Translations under genes and position numbers: made by a program
Notes under the pieces: model-generated
What the model was told of the DNA's origin: nothing
Databases searched by the model: none
Seen by the model: only the letters and a program-made list of their open reading frames with translations
Assembly: GCF_009834535.1 (NCBI RefSeq)
Contig: NC_045696.1
Span: 59,212,001-59,276,000 of the forward strand
Direction: 5' to 3'
Length of the DNA: 64,000 nucleotides
Source: Camelus ferus
Lineage: Eukaryota
Shown here: positions 1 to 12,995 of the stretch, piece after piece
Layout of the letters: every line of letters begins with the position of its first letter
How positions within the stretch are numbered: the first letter of the stretch is position 1

Positions 1-344
1 TAAAGAAATAAAATATATGTTTGCTTCTAAAAGCAAATAATAGTGGAAAATAATTTAATTGGTTCAGTAAAAGGACTGTAAGCCTTTAATAGCTTATAAA
101 AATATTTTTCAAAATATTTTAACTATACTTGAGTATAAATAATATTTATATTTTGTGGAAAATTTAGCATTTTAATTGTTAAATTAACTGGTAACATTTC
201 TAGAATTTCCCCTTATCAAAAAGCTTAATTTTTCAAAAGTTTTGTGATTTATTTAAAAATATTCTTAAGAAAATGGACAACCTTATTTTCTTTGAAAATT
301 GACTTGTTGTAGTAATAAAGGCCTATAATCTCCTTAAATGTTTT

Positions 345-462
345 ATTTTTTGGTTGGGGGAGCTATTTAGGTTTATACATTTTTTAAGCAGCAATACTGG
401 GGATTGAACCCAGGACCTCATGTGTGCTAAGCATGCATTCTACCACTGAGCTATACCCTCCC
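345..462 (-). mobile_element. tRNA-derived SINE (camelid type)
   Basis: The reverse complement reads GGGAGGGTATAGCTCAGTGGTAGAATGCATGCTTAGCAC..GGTCCTGGGTTCAATCCCCAG (A and B boxes) followed by an A-rich tail. Confidence 0.85.
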
Positions 463-794
463 TTTTCCTTAAGTATGATTTCTTTTCCAACTATAAAGTA
501 CAATTTTAAATTAAATATTAATATTTAATTATAGTTTAATACTGTTTAGATATTCACAGACATATACAGTAGCCAAAAAATATAAATTTAAGTCACTTAT
601 TAGGTAATAAAGTGAGAAGTATTTCAAATTTGGATTTGTTTGCCCTGATAATTTTCTTTACCTAAATATCTGCCTAAATGTCTTATTTTCATGGAAAAGT
701 TATCAAATGAAAAAAGCGGTGCCAGGTAAATTATGCCAGCGCCTTAATAGAAGATATCTGTATTATACAGATACTCTCTTAAGAGAGTAATTCT

Positions 795-1288
795 TTAAGG
801 TTTGATCTCAGTGCCCCTGTAAATTCCTAAAGGTTCTTGAGGACCCGAAAGAGCTTTTGTTAATGTTGGTTATATCTAGCAATATTTATTTTAGAAATTA
901 AATGTTTTTATTTTAAAATAAAAGTAAATCCTTTGTATGTTAATACAGGTAACAAATTTTTATTAAAAAAAAACAACTATAGTTTCCAGAGATTAAAAAA
1001 ATCCTTAATGACAAGCATGGCATTGTTTTACATTTTTTGCAGATCTTTTAATGTCTTATTTAATAGAAGGTACCTAGATTCTCATATCTGCTTTGCATTC
1101 AATCTGTTGTGATATCACACATGATGTAGTTTCTCAAACACTCCACTGTATACTCATAAGAAGAGGAGTGAGAAAGACATATAGTGTCTCAGTATTATTA
1201 CAAAAATAGTTTTAACTTCATGGATTTTTACTCCCCCAATTCTCAAGGATCCTTAGAAGTCCCTGAAACCACACTTTGAAAACTACTT
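795..1288. mobile_element. Non-autonomous hAT-Charlie-type DNA element
   Basis: GAGGACCCGAAAGAGCTTTTGT.. body and terminal ACCACACTTTGAAAACTACT, resembling Charlie TIRs. Confidence 0.6.
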
Positions 1289-1379
1289 TTTTTAAATGAA
1301 ATTGCTTAATAACAGTATTTTCAACTACAATAATAGTTTATGTCAGATTGGGTTCAAGAGACTAATTAAAAGGTGACAT

Positions 1380-2950
1380 AATTGAGAATTAAGGCCAAAA
1401 TGTCTGCTACAATTACAGAATCACTCATTTTATCAACCTCCCTGGGAAATGACCAAGTTTGGGACAAAATGAAACAAGGAAAATATAAAAATGGAAAATT
1501 ACTATTAGAAGATTCATTGTTGACAGTCTCCACAAGACCAATTAATCAAAGTGTTTCCTTGCAGGGCACTGAATCTACAGATGCTAATAACAGTATTCAG
1601 TTAATAGCACTAGATAGAATCCCTGGAGAGGAAGGCTTGGCGGAATATTGATTTGCCAGAAAGTACCAAAACAAACTACTCAGGAAGAGGTATTTGGGGT
1701 AGTAACCAAATACTTTAAAACAAACAAGATTTTCTGGATTATGCAAGCACAGCGGTTTCTGTACTGGTGGGAAAGCTGTGATGACAGGAAGGTGGGAAGG
1801 CTTTACATCATATCTGTTCTCCATGTTCTGAACACCTGCGATGCAATAAGACATTGCTTTGTTCACATAGAGCTCTTGCCTGTAGATGTGAATTCCATAT
1901 TAAAGGATGTTACTAATAAAATCCAGGCTGCTATAGTTCCGTCTGGTTTCAGCTTTACGTGAAGAGACAGTCTGCTGTTTCCTACTAAGTCACCTATCAA
2001 AGAAAAAGCTTTTTTCTCCCCTGAAGATTAGGAGCAAAAAGAGGAATTGAAAAATGTCAATGATCCTCATTGCAGTTGTTGAGGAGAGTTTACTGTCTTC
2101 AGAAATTTGGCTTACTTAACATTTTCAAGCACCAGAATGAATCCAATCAAAATCACAATGAATGTGTGAGAATATAATAAAGTATACCAACAATGCTCAT
2201 AGATTCAAAGGAAATGTGAGGTTAGAAGTAGTTCAGTGGGGCAGTTTAACTAATATTCTAACTTCAACCCTAAGTAAGACTAGTAGAAAAACATCTGTTA
2301 GGTGTCACGTTCTTTGGAAATACATGATATGAAAAAGTTCAAGTGCATTAGAAATCCATTCACATTATCATAAGAATTTCAACCAAAGATGAAGAAATGA
2401 AATTATTCAAATCCTGGTTAATAATGAGAAAAGAGTTTCTGTCAATTGGAGAAAAATTAATTAATACCATTTTGACATTTGCTGAGACCCATCTGCGAGG
2501 CAAACTTTCTCACTGATGGTAACTATAAGAATTTGAAGAGAACAGCATTAAAAATTTTTGATCAGGACCTGCATGATATAAAGCAAAATAATGATCAGAA
2601 AGTGAGCTTTATTTCTCTTTGAAAAGTTAAAAAAATTATTTTGAAAGTTTTATTCAAAGTAAAATTTACTATCTTCACTCTCACTCTGTATTTAACTTTT
2701 TATTGCAATTATGTGATAAAACTATACTGAAGTTTTCATAAGCTCCATATAGACCTCCCCAAACCCTACAGTGTGCCTGATGTGCTTTACAAATCTTTAC
2801 AAATATTTCTGTGTGTCAGGACATGAAAAGAGGTGGGAAGCTTTGCTGTAAAGTCGAAATCCAAATACTTCTGTTGAAAAACTTGTAAGTTTTGTTTGTT
2901 TCAGTGTTTTAGGATAATGTGTTATAGAAGAGATTCTGCTGAGTACCGAA
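1380..2950 (+). mobile_element. Fossil hAT (Charlie/Buster-like) transposase coding remnant
   Basis: Broken ORFs keep family motifs: SLQGTESTDANNSIQL (cf. LQLDESTD, first catalytic Asp), TTQEEVFGVVTKYF (cf. TTGEEIF), HCFVH (CxxH), and CEANF at about 2495 (cf. LCEAGFS in the dimerisation domain). Many stops and frameshifts. Confidence 0.75.
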
Positions 2951-4519
2951 ATCAATTTCCAGTAAAATCTGAGATTCATATAATTTATATATATATAATA
3001 ATTTCTGTAATTTTAAAAGAATGTAATTAGAAAGTAAACTGTAAAAATACTGGTTGTTAAGGGAAAAGTAGCTTCTAATTTAAATTACTTAAATAAAGTA
3101 TTGATTAGAAGCCAGCAGGAAGTTTGAGACCAATGAGAAAAGCAGATACACTTTTTTGATTGCAGAGAAATAGAGTTCACAGAGTGTCGCACAGGCTGAA
3201 GGCATATGGTATTTTCTAAAGAAAACAGAAGCCAAGAGAATGAAACAGCAACATCTCACTAATACTGGCAGCAACTCCCTTACTGAGGCAGCAAGATAAG
3301 GCAGTGTAACTTTGTTTATGTGTATGAGGTTCATGAGTAGGAGCTGTGATTCCCTGTTGAGGACTGAAGTTGCTTTCTGGGGTTGGTAGAGGGAGGGGGT
3401 TCTTTAAGATTTCTGGCACTTACAACAAAGCGTGAACAAATTTTAAGTTGGTCATGTAATTCCAAGATTGAGATCAGCTGAGAGTTTGAAAGAATGAGAA
3501 AACTGGCCTTCTATCAAGTTAGGCTTAATCTAATTGGCAATCACATTTGGACCCAGGTTGTTCTTCAGGCCTCATTCTATTATTTTATAAAACAATAACA
3601 TCACAAAAGTAATCTTTACAGCATCATTCAGTGCAGCACACTCCATCCAGCCTTGCATTGCTTCTACTCTCTAGCTCCTTCACGCCTGCTTCTTCACTGA
3701 TCTATGTCATCCCCCAGGAACACATTTCTATTTCTTATTTAATCTCCAGTGAATAACTTTCCCCTCAAGCCTGCATCCCACTTGAGTGCTGTCCTCACTC
3801 TCAGTAGAGGAATTTCCTACCTGAGTGAGATGAAGGGTGTCAGAATGAATTCACATGCCTTCCTCTGCCACTTCAGTCTACCTCTTTGACCTCATATTTT
3901 CCCCTCTACTGCTTGAGCTCTGAGCTCTTGCCTTGTCCAAGGCCCGAGGAACCAGCATTTGACCTTCTACACCCTCTAGAAAGTTTCATCTTTGCCACCT
4001 CCCTGGCACCTTCTCTTGTATCAAATAGGCACTGTCTGGCCTTCCCTTTGGAAAAAAATTTTTGTTTATTTGTACTTTACTCTCTCTCCCAATGGTCTAA
4101 TTCTCCTTTTCACTGTCAGACTTCCCAAGTGTGTTACGGGCTGATTCCTTTTCCTCTCCATGACCCCTGCTCCTTTAATCCTTCTTATAAGGCTTCCACC
4201 CTGATTATTATGGTTTTGAAACTGCCTTCACAGGTATAAATATCACCAATGTCTCCCTGACTGCTAAATCTAGTGGTTTCCCCCACAGCACTTATTCTTC
4301 TGGGCTTCTGTATTGCGTTTGAGAAGCTGACCCCTCTCTGATGAACCGCCTCGCTCCACTGGATAGCGGTTGTACGGCGTCTTTCTTGTCCCACCTCTGT
4401 GCTCTTCCTTGTTCGTTTCTGTTGCTCACCTTTGTCTCCGCTATCACTTTTTAGAGGTATTGCCTAAGGCTCAGTCCCTGAATGTTTGTGTTTTCTAGTC
4501 TATACTTTTTTTTTTCTCA

Positions 4520-6120
4520 AATAATTTGTTTTTAAGAATTTTGGTAAATGTTCCATGTGCACCAGAAAAGAATGTTTGCTCCACAGTTGTTGGGTGTAAC
4601 ATTCTATATATGTCAAGAGGTTTAATCAAGGAGTTCAAATATTCTGTATCCTTATTTACCTTTTTTTGCCTGCTTATTCTATCAGTAACTGAGAGAAGTG
4701 TGTTTAAAATCTCCCATCTATGAGATGGTTTTGTCTATTTCTTCTTTCAGTTCCATCAGTTATTGCTTGATAAATTTTCAATCCCCATTATTAGGTGCAT
4801 AAATATTAAGGGTTTTTTAAAACCTCCTACTGAATTTAACCTTTATCATTATGAAATACCTCACTTTATGTTTTATTTGTCTTAAAGTCAACTTTGTCTG
4901 CCAGTATTTTTTTTTTTAATTTTTGCAAGATTATACACTTTTTCCTAAACTTTTCCATTAAGTTGTTTGGTGTCTTTTGTAAACAGCTTAAAAATACACT
5001 GATAATTTTGTCTACTAAATGCCTTCCTTTTTTTAAAGGACATTCACTGAGTATAGAATTTCTAGGTTAGCAACTTTTCCTTTCAGCATTTTAAGTATGT
5101 AATCTCATTATCTCTTGATCTCCATACTTTGTTAAAAATAAGCTAGATGTCTTTATGTTGCTCCTTTGGAGGCAATGTGCCTTTCTCCTCTGGCTGTTTT
5201 TATGATTTTCTCTTTATCTTTGATTTTCAGTAGTTTGATTGATTTGCCCAGGTGTTCCTGGTTGGAGTTTGCTGAGCTTCTTGGATCTGTGAATCTATGA
5301 GTTGATATCTTTTATCAGTTTTGAAAGGTCCTTGAGCATTACCTCTCCAAGTGCTCACTGTGCTCTTACCTTCTGGGACTCTAATTATATCTATTTCAAG
5401 TCATATACTCTGTTTTTTCCATTTTTTTCCATCTGTGATTCAGTTTGGATATTTTCTGTAGACCTTTGAGTTTACTAACCATGTCTTCTGCTATCCAGGC
5501 TGCTGTTAAATCCATTCAGTGAATGCTTTATTTCAGATATTATATTTTGAGTTCTAGAATATCTGGTATTTTTATACATCTGTGTTCAAATTCTCCATTT
5601 ATGCATCTTTCCCTTGATTTTCCTGGACATATCATTTCAGGTTATTTTAGTCAATGTCTGATAACTCCAGTGGTTGAATCTACCTGTGGGTCTCCTATTT
5701 TCCCTCTGGATTACTAGACACATTTTCCTGCTTCTTTGCATGTCTAGGATTTTTTAAATTGTATGTCAGATGTTATGTAAAAACTAAAGTGTGTTGGGGT
5801 GCCTCAAATTTCTAATCTGTCATGCCAGTGCTGTTTGACTGCCAAAAGCCTTGTTGGTTTCTCTTTCCTCCAGTAAAATCTGTCTGCAAGGGCCAAGCAC
5901 AATCCTGAGTCCACATCCAAAGTTGGTAAAGAAAACGACTTATGACCTTCAGCTCATCTTGGAAGGGCTCAGCACCCTCCTGGAATTGTAATTAATCTAG
6001 TATTCATCACTTCTGAAGCTCTCTGGTGCACTTACAATAGCTTTAAAAATAATTTTTCTAGATTTTAAAATTCATTGCAGTGGGAGGCTTGAGCTGCTGC
6101 AAGCTGCTGTATTCTGCTGG
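4520..6120 (-). mobile_element. Old LINE-1 fragment (L1M-type)
   Basis: T-rich antisense L1 ORF-like sequence (AATGTTCCATGTGCACC.., TATAGAATTTCTAGGTT.., GAGCTTCTTGGATCTGTG). Confidence 0.7.
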
Positions 6121-8519
6121 AAGTAGAGGCCTTTTTTGTGGCTTTAACGAGAGCTCTATGCTGATGACTCCTGAATCTCCAATTGTAAACTTTCAACCAT
6201 ACTATGTCATATCCACCAGCTACCTACTCTGGAGTTCCCCTTTCCCATAAAAACATCCAAGATGAACTTCTTTTACTCTCTCAATTGCATTAGTCTGATA
6301 TATCATGGCCATTTTTTATTCATCCTTCTTTTTCATATCCCCACTTTAGTCCTCATGGACTTTGAAAAGATTTGCCTGGAAAATAAAAAGGAACATCTTT
6401 TTCCAAAAAACGAAGGGGCTTAATTTGACTTCCAATATAGTTCAATGTCTTCAATTTACAAATGAGAGAACTGATGTACAAAGAGGAGACGTGACTGGCA
6501 CAACAGTTTGTGTTGGAGCTGAGTCAAGAACTCGGGTCTCCTTCATTGCTCCTTCTACACTATACCATCCTGCCTGTCTCTGAATAAGGCAGTTACACAC
6601 CATGGATTTTCTCTAGGACAATGCTAGTTTCTAACATTATGTCTGACTTTCTCCATAAGTCAATGAATTATCCTGGATATTCCAATTTGCCTCATAAGAA
6701 GTACACTTTTAGCGCCTTGGAGTGGAACAAAAATTATCTGTCAGAGTATGTCCTAATTTTTTTGTCTGGAAAATATAATTATTGTCTCTTTAACCATATT
6801 CCATACAGTTGCAAAGAATGGAAGGGGTGCCCAGCATAAAACAGGCTTAAAAGCCAATGCACATTCCTTATCTCATTTAATACCTACAGCAATCTGTGGG
6901 TAGGTAGGTTCTACTATTATAATCATTTTTCCAATGCCAGGAAATTGAGGCTTAGTTTTTCCAGAAAAAAGGTCCTAACCACTCACGTTGTTACATCACT
7001 CTGAAAAGCCTTTAGTGGATTTTCATTTCTTTTCTCATCAAAATGATGCCCTGTGTGACTTTCAAGTGCTCCACAATTTATCTTATTCATATTAGTTTGC
7101 CTCTCCAACTTTATTTCACAGAAGTCTGGATCTTTTTCTATCCGGGGGCCAACCCCTGGATCAAGTTAACCCAGCATTTGGATGCCAACAGCAATATTGC
7201 TAAAAGCAGTCCTACCTGACCTTGTCCTTTTTTTGAGTAGTACTTTTTGGCTCTGTTATTAGCAAATTTCTCCAAATTGCTTATATATCATGCTAGTACC
7301 ACCTCTTGACATTTATGAGTTCCATATGTTTGTTATTTAAAAAGTGAAGTTACCTCTTTTGACTTATGTTAACTTAGTCATGTTCTTATTTCAAAGATTT
7401 CCCCCATGTTCATATCATGATCCACAAGCCCAGAGATACCACTGACAGATTGCTGTGTTAATTGTGCTCCCTAAGATATACAACACATCTCCTATTTTGG
7501 GGACCTGGTATACAAACCTAGGGCTACCTTAACCTTGTCATTCTAAAGTGTATGAAATTATTCATTTCTTCAGTGAAGGGTTAGAATATCCCCACATCAC
7601 TTCATCCTTGTACTTGTCCTCCCTACTTCTGATTTCATCACAGCATCCCTATGATCCAGGGATTCAACATATACAAGGGCTCTGAGGGGTGAATGCACCA
7701 CAGTTTTCAACAAAAGATCAGGGCTACGTTTCTCTCCTGTGTCTGCTACCATTCCTGATGATGTTTAATACTGCACTTGGCTTTTCCAAAACAAAACACA
7801 GGGCTGCTGTTCCTCATAGGTCCCAGAGGGAGGATCAAGCTCCAGTGAAGAAGCACTGGTGGCTATGAGACAGGAGACCAAGATTCTGGTCCTGGGCCTA
7901 TCTTTGACTAATTATGTGATCCTGAGCAATAATTAATCCAGTAAAATGTTATCTGTCAGGAATAGCACTGAGGACTGGGAGACAGAAATAAATGAGTCAC
8001 ACATCCTGCCTTCAGGAGCTCAGAGGCTAGTGGAAGAAACTGATAGGAAAATCAGTGATTAAAATTGGGTGCGGTAAGTGTCAAGAACTCTGCACTCTAT
8101 ATAGGAGAACAGAAACGCCTAGATGAGGCATCTAACTCATCTGAAGGCAATAGATGGTAGTCAGAAAATATTTCTAAAATAGTGATTATATTGAACAGAG
8201 ACTTGGGGAAGCCTAGTTTGTTCATTGCTGTATTCCCAGCCCTCAGAACAGTGCCAGGTACTGATACCAGCAAGAAGGGAATTCTTTAGACAAAGGTGTG
8301 GAGGTGTCAGAGAACATAGAGAATTCAGGGAACTGTCAGTAATTGTGGAGGGCTAGAGTGGATAAAGCGGGAGTGGTTGAGCCAAAGGCTGGAAAGATAG
8401 CCCAAGACCAGAATATAAAAGATCTGGTATACCATGGTAAGGCTTTTGAACTTTACCTTAAAGGCAATAGGGAGGCACTAGAAGTTTTAAGCAGTAGAGT
8501 CACACAGTCAGATTTGGGT

Positions 8520-9210
8520 GTTAACTTGATGCTCTGCTTATCAATTGATTGCCTCTCTGCTCCGAATTCAACCTGCCCTGCCTTCTCAGCAAAAACAGAA
8601 CTAGGTCCTTTAAGTATTTCTCCTTTGCCAGATAGCATAATGTTAAGCTTTGTTAGTAGAGGGCGCTGGAGGGAAACTGGAGGAGGGAGCTTCTCTTAAG
8701 GGTTCCAATATGATCCTCCTGCTAGGCTCCAGGAGCATGCAGTTCCCAGTGCTGGGATCCTGCAGTGCACAGCTTCAGCAGCGTCTGCAGTACGTGATCT
8801 CCTAACTGCCCGACTGCTGCAGTGCCCAGTGGCTAGCCGCTTCCCCCGGCGCCTCTCTTGGGAAGCTTTGCTGAAGAATGCAGCCAGTAGTCATCTTTTC
8901 ATGAATGGCTTTTCTGGCATCCCAGTAAATGGATCTCTGCCTGCCCTGCACCTCAGTAACTTCTCTGCCATCCAGTGAGCTGTGGCCACACCCTGTGAGA
9001 CACACTCTTGGGAGGTCATCTCTTTCTTGGATGATCTATCTCAAGGGTAATGATAGCTTCTTATATCTGTGATTCCTGTATACTTTAGATTTTTATGTCT
9101 GGCTAACTAATCTTCCACTACTCCAATCTTACTATGCTTAAAATTTGTTATATTGAACTTTCTTTGTTAAACTGTTATATGATTTTCTCTTTGCTGGACT
9201 CTGAAACACA
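8520..9210. mobile_element. ERVL LTR41-like solo LTR inserted in an L2
   Basis: ATTTCTCCTTTGCCAG..AATGTTAAGCTTTGTTAGTAGAGGGCGCTGGAGGG matches the recalled LTR41 consensus; L2-like sequence lies on both sides. Confidence 0.65.
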
Positions 9211-10749
9211 CATTGACTGAAAGCTGTGGAGATAGGCTGAAGGGAGTGGAGTGAAGCTTCACACAGGGAGCCTGGTCAGGAGAAGATGGCAGCATTTTTG
9301 GAGACAACTCTGGAGAGCATCATTGCCTTGAAAAGCAATTGCAATGGGGAGGGATAGGAGAGACAGGAACTAGAGGACTTGGTAACCACTGGGGGAAATG
9401 GATGAGAAGAGAGGAGTTTAGGATGACTCCCCACTTTTCAAGCTTGGATGACTGGGTAGATGGTGGCATCATAGATGGCACATAGATCACAGATGGAAAA
9501 CACTGAAGTAGGGGCAGGTCAAATTCTCCTCCCATATCCCCATGGGACTCAGGACTTCCATGCACTTTTAAACCACAGAGACTTAGAGTCATAGACTCCT
9601 TAAGTTGAAAAGCACTGAAGCCCAGCGTTTTGCCTTTGGGCATTATGGACCATTTGTTCACATCAGATAAAAGAAGTGGGGAAAGGTCCATTCTACCTTA
9701 ACATTCCATGATTCCAATGTTTTGTGTTCTTTTTCATTCTTAAAGCTGTCAGTATGGTAGGCCTTCCTCAATTATCCATCATTCCTGCCCCACCCCGACC
9801 CCAACTCAAAATTCAACAGGTTCCTCTTTTGTTAAACCTACATGCCTCCCAGTATGGAATGGCAGGCCAACACCTTTGTGCTAAGTGCTGAAGAATATAG
9901 GTCTTATCAAATACAATATATATATATCTGTTTCTGGAATTTCTCATTTAGTTTTATTAGTATGGGCTAAACAGGGCTTCAGTTATGTAAACAAAAGCCT
10001 GCAGTTACCTAAATGAAAGGCTGCAGACACCAGAATTTCAGAGGCAGTTTCTATGAACAGCTCTTGGAAAAGAGGACCAGGCAACTGTATGTACTTGTTT
10101 GGGTTTGGAATAGGAGATGATGGATTTTGGATACGTGGTTGCCTTTGCTGGGATGCACTCCTCACCTTTCCATAGGTTCTTCTGGTTTCAAATCAGCTTT
10201 TCCTGACCTCTCTGACTGTTGGTTCCATTATATCTTCTCAGAGCATCACTTACTCACCTCTCCTTGGCAGCAGCTAGTTCTAATTTTACATTATTTATGT
10301 GATTCTTGGATTAACACCTGCCTCCCCACAATAGACTGTAAACTTCAGGGCAGGGTCAGTCATTTTCTGCTCACTATAGAATCCCCAGTGCCTAGCTAGG
10401 TGCCTGGAATACAGTCAGTACTCAATATATAGGAGGAAAATGAATGAATGGTAGCAGTTTATAAAGTACTAGTCATGTTCATTTGTCCTCCTGACAATCC
10501 CTCATAGGTATTCTTATATGCACGTTGCAGACGAAAAAACAGAGGTTTGGCTAGTCGGGGGAGGGGGGAGGGGGAGATGTCTAATCCCAGATTCTGTTTT
10601 GTTTCCAAATCACGGTCCTGCATGTAGAAATCATAGTTTGGGCAGAGAGCAGTAATCACCCATGGTTCTGTTTCCTTAAATACCACAGTTCCCTCCTCTT
10701 GCCCTGTGAACAGGAGGGGTTTAGAATCCTGATGGGCCCATCAGGCAGG

Positions 10750-11250
10750 ACCTGAACAGCTGTCGGGGCGCTCCGGGTGCTGCCCTCCCTCCACTTCCCC
10801 TCGGGGTGGCTACCTGAGGCTTGCTCCCAAAGAGGCTATCCGGCAGCGGGCGGCAACTCGCGCCTGGCCTCAGGAGGGAGGTGTGCGGAGAGATCCAGCG
10901 CCTCGCACCTTCGGCGGGCGGAAAGCAGCAGAATCTGGGCGGGGAAGGGCGGCACCTGCCTCAGCCTCGCGGCACAGGAGAGGTGGGGCAGGACCCGGCT
11001 TTGTTAGCGCTTCGCCTTCGCCAGGCAACGACGACGCCAGCTGCGCTGCCTGGCAACCGCGGCGCAGGGGCGCGGCCGTGACCTCACAGAGCCGGCCCAC
11101 CCCCGCCGCCCCGTCCCGCCCCCTCTGCTACGGCCTCCTGCGGAGTCTCATGCGGGTGGAGCTGGGAGGCGGAGAGCTGCTTGAGGGTCGGCTTGTGGCG
11201 GAAGGACCAGACGGCTTGGCTAGCGTTTAGGGCTGAGGCTGAGGGCTTTG
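10750..11250. promoter_or_regulatory. ROPN1: CpG island promoter with tandem RFX X-boxes; probably the ROPN1 promoter and non-coding first exon (minus strand)
   Basis: CpG-rich. X-box-like TTCGCCAGGCAAC (11017-11029) and GCTGCCTGGCAAC (11045-11057), TGACCTCA (11079-11086), GC boxes at 11101-11122. Minus-strand donor candidates AAG|GTGCGA (exon end 10909) and CAG|GTAGCC (10814). Gene identity is inferred only from recalled synteny (ROPN1 lies divergently upstream of KALRN); no ROPN1 coding sequence was seen in the window. Confidence 0.6.
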
Positions 11251-12399
11251 AGGCACCTAGGGGAATGTGTAGCAATTTACAGTGGGCTTTTTGTCCGTTA
11301 GAGAGCAGAAGTGGACGACCTTTCAATGATCTTTTGGCTTGTGAAAAATGGGCAGGTGAGGAGAAGCCCTGAGGAAGAATTTTAACAAGGTTTTTGTTTT
11401 GTTTAGTTTTTTGACCAGTGACGATTCTATGTGCATGACACATATTAATTCACTTAATCCTTACAATCACCCCACCAGGCAGGGACCGTTATTATCTTCA
11501 TTTTTACAGGCGAGGAAACAGCACAGAACACCCTAGTAACTTGCCCAAGAGTTAGCAAGTGATAGGGCTAGGATTTGAACCCACAGTTTGAGGCTCCAGA
11601 TTCCTCAGATTCTATAATGATAAGAAAGGGGGTTGGATCTAGTGTGGGTAGGAACAGAGCTCAAGATGCCAGGGGCAACAGAGAAAGAAAAAATAGTCAC
11701 ATGCAGGACGGCATCACATGTGACGTCTCACATTAACTCTGGAGGTAGGTATTTATCTTCATTTTAGAAATAAGAGACAGGCTTAAAACATTGAGTAACT
11801 TGCCTATGGACAGATAGCTGACAGTGAGGCCCAATTTGACTCCAGATTTTCCGATTTCAAGATTTTTCTTTTTTAAGCTCCTCAGGAGGCAAGAAAGCCT
11901 CATCTTTCTCTGCTACAACCCTTGACACTTCACACCCATTTTTAAGGTGTCTGTTGTGGCAGCCAATGTTTCAGTCCAACCGTGGTGTGTGCTGGTCTAA
12001 ATAAATGAATTAGTTCATCCAGGGCCTTCAAAAGTTTCTGTAGTTGTGAGATGAAAGCTGTTGTTTCTCCTTAAAGCAATTTCAAGCATCAGTGAGCAAG
12101 TGGGGAAGCTGGGTTTTTGGTTTATATATGCAGAGGGCTTTCAGAGCCTGCTGTCTTCTATTTGTAAAGGGTTCCATCTCTTGGCATTTGCCAGAATCTT
12201 GCAGGTCCTTGCATAGCTGGAGAATTCTGGATGATGTGAAGATGGCTGTTTGTCCATAGGCAAGATTTGGGGATAAAAGAAGTAGAATCACTGGTCACCA
12301 TCTGCCTTGCTGAGCTCTCTGGAGAGGGGACACCTGATGTTGGCGTAGGCATCTGCTCAGCGTGTGTGCCTTAGGATTGGAGAGGGAGGCTGGAGGTTT

Positions 12400-12995
12400 T
12401 GTGACTGGAGGATAGGTTCTTATCTCATGTAGGAAAGAATTCAAGAGCAAGATATGGTGAAGTGAAGGTAGATTTATTCAGGGAGATAAGCTCTTCACAG
12501 GCAGAGTGCGGTCTAACTTACTCAGAAGGGAGAGCGATTTAGGAGATAACATGCTTTACAGGCAGAATGTGGGCCATCTCAAAGGGCAAGAGGGAGAGGC
12601 TGTGAGGTATGGCAGTGTTTAGTTTAAAGTAAAAATAGATACATGCTCCATAGACAGAGTGTGGGCTGTCTCAGAAGGCAAGAGAGAGAGAGCGACCATG
12701 AGGTGCGGGGTTGCTAGTTTCTATATGCTCAGTAATTTCTTATGCTAACAAGTAAAAAGATTATTCCAACTACTTTGAGGAAGGGCTGGGATTCCCAGGA
12801 ATTGGGCCCTGTGCACTTTTGGTCCTTTTATGGTCAGCCTAGGAACTGTCATGGTGCCTCTGGGTGTGCAGTGAGGCTCAAGGTCTAGTGGAAGTCAAAT
12901 CTTCTGCCATCTTGGTTCTAAACAGTTTGTCCTATCCTTAACTGCTGTGTCATTCCTTCAGTGGTCGTGCCCTGCCCTCTTCCCTCCTGTCCTAT
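12400..12995 (-). mobile_element. ERV1-class solo LTR with internal tandem subrepeats
   Basis: TG start, TTTATT near the left end (polyA signal on the minus strand), three AGATA..CAGGCAGA(G/A)TG(T/C)GG-like subrepeats. Confidence 0.65.

Noticed and set aside
345..462. tRNA gene (also 63743-63830)
   Set aside because: Diverged arms, a non-tRNA 3' body and an A-rich tail identify both as SINEs.
10248..10262. Perfect minus-strand donor GAG|GTGAGT
   Set aside because: It abuts an L2 3' end and has no convincing acceptor partner, so no exon can be supported.
1..10750. ROPN1 coding exons
   Set aside because: No sequence matching the ropporin N-terminus (..PPELPxxLKxFxKAAIR..) was found; the coding exons presumably lie left of the window.
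10777..11443. Overlapping ORFs in the first CpG island
   Set aside because: GC-rich artefacts; none resembles ROPN1 or another known protein.
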